This document shows positions 59,901 to 64,000 of a stretch of 64,000 bases of DNA, piece by piece. This stretch comes from Antedon mediterranea (Eukaryota; Animalia; Echinodermata): positions 18,919,045 to 18,983,044 of the forward strand of contig NC_092680.1 in the NCBI RefSeq assembly GCF_964355755.1, read 5' to 3'. Below the pieces are notes generated by a model. That model saw only the letters and a program-made list of their open reading frames with translations. It was not told the origin of the DNA and did not search any database. Numbering within the stretch: position 1 is the stretch's first letter; the number at the start of each line of letters is the position of its first letter. Made by a program: the position numbers and the translations under genes.

Positions 59901-62900
59901 CATTCAACTCATCCAGTCAAGATGTACATCTTATAACAAGACAACTGATGTATTCAACATTCAACTCATCCAGTCGAAATGTACATTCCATAACAAGACA
60001 ACTGATGTACTCAACATTCAACTCATTCAGTCAAGATGTACATCTTATAACGAGACAAGTGATGTATTCAACATTCAACTCATCCAGTCAAGATGTAGAC
60101 CCCATAACAAGACAAGTGATGTATTCAACATGCAACTCATCCAGTCAAGATGTACACCCATAACAAGACAACTGATGTATTCAACATTCAACTCAACCAG
60201 TAAAGATGTACATCCCATAACAAGACAACTAATGTATTCAACATTCAACTCATCCAGTCAAGATGTACATCCCATAACAAGACAACTGATGTCTTCAAAA
60301 TTCAACTCATCCAGTCAAGATGTACACCCAATAACAAGACAATTGATGTATTCAACATTCAACTCATCCAGTCAAGATGTACACCCCATAACAACACAAT
60401 TGATGTATTCAACATTCCACTCTACCAGTCAACATGTACATCCCACAACAAGACAATTGATGTATTCAACATTCAACTCATCCTGTCAACATTTACATCC
60501 CATAACAAGACAACTGATGTATTCAACATTCAACTCATCCACTCAACATTTACATCCCATAACAAGACAACTAATGTATTCAACATTCAACTCATCCAGT
60601 AAAGATGTACACCCCATAACAAGACAATTGATGCATTCAACATTCAACTCATCCAGTCAAGATGTACACCCCATAACAAGACAACTGATGCATTCAACAT
60701 TCAAATCATCAAGTCAAGATGTACACCCCATAACAAGACAATTGATGTATTCAACATTCAACTCATCAAGTCAACATTTACATCCCATAACAAGACAATT
60801 GATGTATTCAACATTCAACTCATCCAGTAAAGATGTACACCCCATAACAAGCCAAGTGATGCATTCAACATTCAACTCATCCAGTCAAGATGTACACTCA
60901 ATAACAAGCCAAGTGATGTATTCAACATTCAACTCATCAAGTCAACATTTACATCCCATAACAAGACAATTGATGTATTCAACATTCAACTCATCCAGTC
61001 AAGATGTACACCCCATAACAAGACAATTGATGTATTCACCATTCAACTCATACCGTCAAGATGTACACCCTATGACAAGACAATTGATGCATTCAACATG
61101 CAACTCATCCAGTTAAGATGTACATCCCATAACAAGACAATTGATGCATTCAACATTCAACTCATCCAGTCAAGATGTACACCCCATAACAAGACAACTG
61201 ATGCATTCAACATTCAAATCATCAAGTCAAGATGTACACCCAATAACAAGACAAGTGATGTATTCAACATTCAACTCATTCAGTCACGATGTACACCCCA
61301 TAACAAGACAATTGATGTATTCAACATTCAACTCATCAAGTCAACATTTATATCCCATAACAAGACAATTGATGTATTCAACATTCAACTCATCCAGTAA
61401 AGATGTACACCCCATAACAAGCCAAGTGATGCATTCAACATTCAACTCATCCAGTCAAGATGTACATCCCATAACAAGACAATTGATGCATTCAACTCAT
61501 ACCGTCAAGATGTACACCATATGACAAGACAATTGATGCATTCAATATGCAACTCATCCAGTTAAGATGTACATCCCATAACAAGACAATTGATGCATTC
61601 AACATTCAACTCATCCAGTTGAAATGTACATTCCATAACAAGACAACTGTTGTATTCAACATTCAACTAAACCAGTTAAAAGAGGTACATCCCATAACAA
61701 GACAATGTATTCAACATTCAACTCGTCCAGTCAAAATGTACATTCCATAACAAGACAACTGATGTATTCAACATTCAACTCATCCAGTCAAGATGTACAC
61801 CCTATGACCACACAATTGATGCATTCAACATGCAACTCATCCACTCACGATGTACATCCCATAACAAGACAAGTGATGCATTCAACATTCAACTCATCCA
61901 GTCAAGATTTACACCCCATAACAAGACAACTGGTGTTTAACATTCAAATCATCCAGTCAAGATATACACCCCATAACAAGACAAGTGATGCATTCAACAT
62001 TCAACTCATCCAGTCAAGATGTACACCCCATAACAAGACAATTGATGTATTCAACATTCAACTCTACCAGTAACATGTACATCCCATAACAAGACAATTG
62101 ATGCATTCAATGCAACTAATACTGTCAAGATGTACACCCTATGACAAGACAATTGATGCATTCAACATTCAACTCATCCAGTTAAGATGTACATCCCATA
62201 ACAAGACAATTGATGCATTCAACATTCAACTCATACTGTCAAGATGTACACCCCATAACAAGACAATTGATGCATTCAACATTCAACTCATCCAGTTAAG
62301 ATGTACATCCCATAACAAGACAATTGATGCATTCAACATTCAACTCATACTGTCAAGATGTACACCCCATAACAAGACAATTGATGCATTCAACATTCAA
62401 CTCATCCAGTGAAGATGTACATCCCATAACAAGACAACTGATGTATTCAACATTCAACTCATCCAGTCAAGATGTACACCCCATAACAAGACAACTGATG
62501 TATTCAACATTCAACTCATCCAGTCAAGATGTACACCCCATAACAAGACAACTGATGTATTCAACATTCAACTCATCCAGTCAAGATGTACACCCCATAA
62601 CAAGACAAGTGATGCATTCAACATTCAACTCACCCAGTCAAGATGTACACCCAATAACAAGACAATTGATGCATTCAACATTCAACTCATCCAGTCAAGA
62701 TGTACACCCAATAACAAGACAATTGATGCATTCAACATTCAACTCATCCAGTCAAGATGTACACCCCATAACAAGACAATTGATGTATTCAACATTCAAC
62801 TCATCCAGTGAAGATGTACATCTTATAACAAGACAATTGATGTATTCAACATTCAACTCATCCAGTCAAGATGTACACCCAATAACAAGACAATTGATGC

Positions 62901-64000
62901 ATTCAACATTCAACTCATCCAGTCAAGATGTACATCTTATAACAAGACAACTGATGTATTCAACATTCAACTCATCCAGTGAAGATGTACATCCCATAAC
63001 AAGACAACTGATGCATTCAACATTCAACTCATCCAGTTAAGATGTACATCCCATAACAAGACAATTGATGCATTCAACATTCAACTCATACTGTCAAGAT
63101 GTACACCCCATAACAAGACAATTGATGCATTCAACATTCAACTCATCCAGTCAAGATGTACATCTTATAACAAGACAACTGATATATTCAACATTCAACT
63201 CATCCAGTCAAGATGTACACCCCATCACAAGACAACTGATGTATTCAACATTCAACTCATCCAGTCAAGATGTACACACCATAACAAGACAACTGATGCA
63301 TTCAACATTCAACTCATCCAGTCAAGATGTACACACCAAGAGGTACATCCCATAACAAGACAATTAATGTATTCAACATTCAACTCGTCCAGTCAAAATG
63401 TACATTCCATAACAAGACAACTGATGTATTCAACATTCAACTCATCCAGTCAAGATGTACACCCTATGACCACACAATTGATGCATTCAACATGCAACTC
63501 ATCCATTCACGATGTACATCCCATAACAAGACAAGTGATGCATTCAACATTCAACTCATCCAGTCAAGATTTACACCCCATAACAAGACAACTGGTGTTT
63601 AACATTCAAATCATCCAGTCAAGATATACACCCCATAACAAGACAAGTGATGCATTCAACATTCAACTCATCCAGTCAAGATGTACACCCCATAACAAGA
63701 CAATTGATGTATTCAACATTCAACTCATCCAGTCAAGATGTACACCCCATAACAAGACAATTGATGTATTCAACATTCAACTCTACCAGTAACATGTACA
63801 TCCCATAACAAGACAATTGATGCATTCAACATGCAACTCATACTGTCAAGATGTACACCCTATGACAAGACAATTGATGCATTCAACATTCAACTCATCC
63901 AGTTAAGATGTACATCCCATAACAAGACAATTGATGCATTCAACATTCAACTCATCCAGTCAAGATGTACACCCCATAACAAGACAATTGATGTATTCAA
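56960..64000. repeat. 57-bp satellite array (>7 kb, ~120 units, runs off the window end) with a ~2.7-kb higher-order duplication
   Basis: Unit caagatgtacaccccataacaagacaattgatgtattcaacattcaactcatccagt. Diagnostic variants recur: cagtcgaaatg at 57187 and 59971; agaggtacat at 59011, 61681 and 63340. Confidence 0.97.

Noticed and set aside
56840-63792. Many long ORFs (up to 347 aa) of QDVHPITRQLMYSTFNSSS / SRCTPHNKTIDVFNIQLIQ repeats
   Set aside because: By-product of a 57-bp satellite whose consensus lacks stops in two frames; stops and frameshifts interrupt both frames repeatedly.

Overview
AT-rich, intron-containing eukaryotic (metazoan) genomic DNA, most likely from a marine invertebrate; an echinoderm or other invertebrate deuterostome is inferred from the repeat families, not proven. 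Three protein-coding genes can be supported. (1) A plus-strand gene whose ~739-aa low-complexity coding sequence lies in one 2.2-kb exon (17580-19799) and carries SH2-, SH3- and PDZ-type ligand motifs. (2) A complete 9-exon minus-strand STPG1/MAPO2 orthologue (SHIPPO/PGPGxY repeats, 38139-43675) with an RFX X-box upstream. (3) A 6-exon minus-strand IFI44-like P-loop GTPase (45027-46900) that has no TLDc domain but has a C-terminal hydrophobic helix, next to the apparent remnant of a tandem paralogue. The rest is repeats: a 6-kb Harbinger-type element with a nested Ginger1-like element that carries a 130-bp satellite with a 4-mer higher-order repeat, ~10 copies of one Tourist-like MITE, other MITEs, tRNA-derived SINEs, CR1/L2 3' ends, and a probable solo LTR. 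The window ends with a candidate spliced non-coding transcript (53.1-57 kb) made of micro-exons and tandem arrays of 3' splice-site-like units, running into a >7-kb 57-bp satellite with a ~2.7-kb higher-order duplication. All exon structures were assembled by hand from GT/AG signals and reading-frame continuity; no database search was run.
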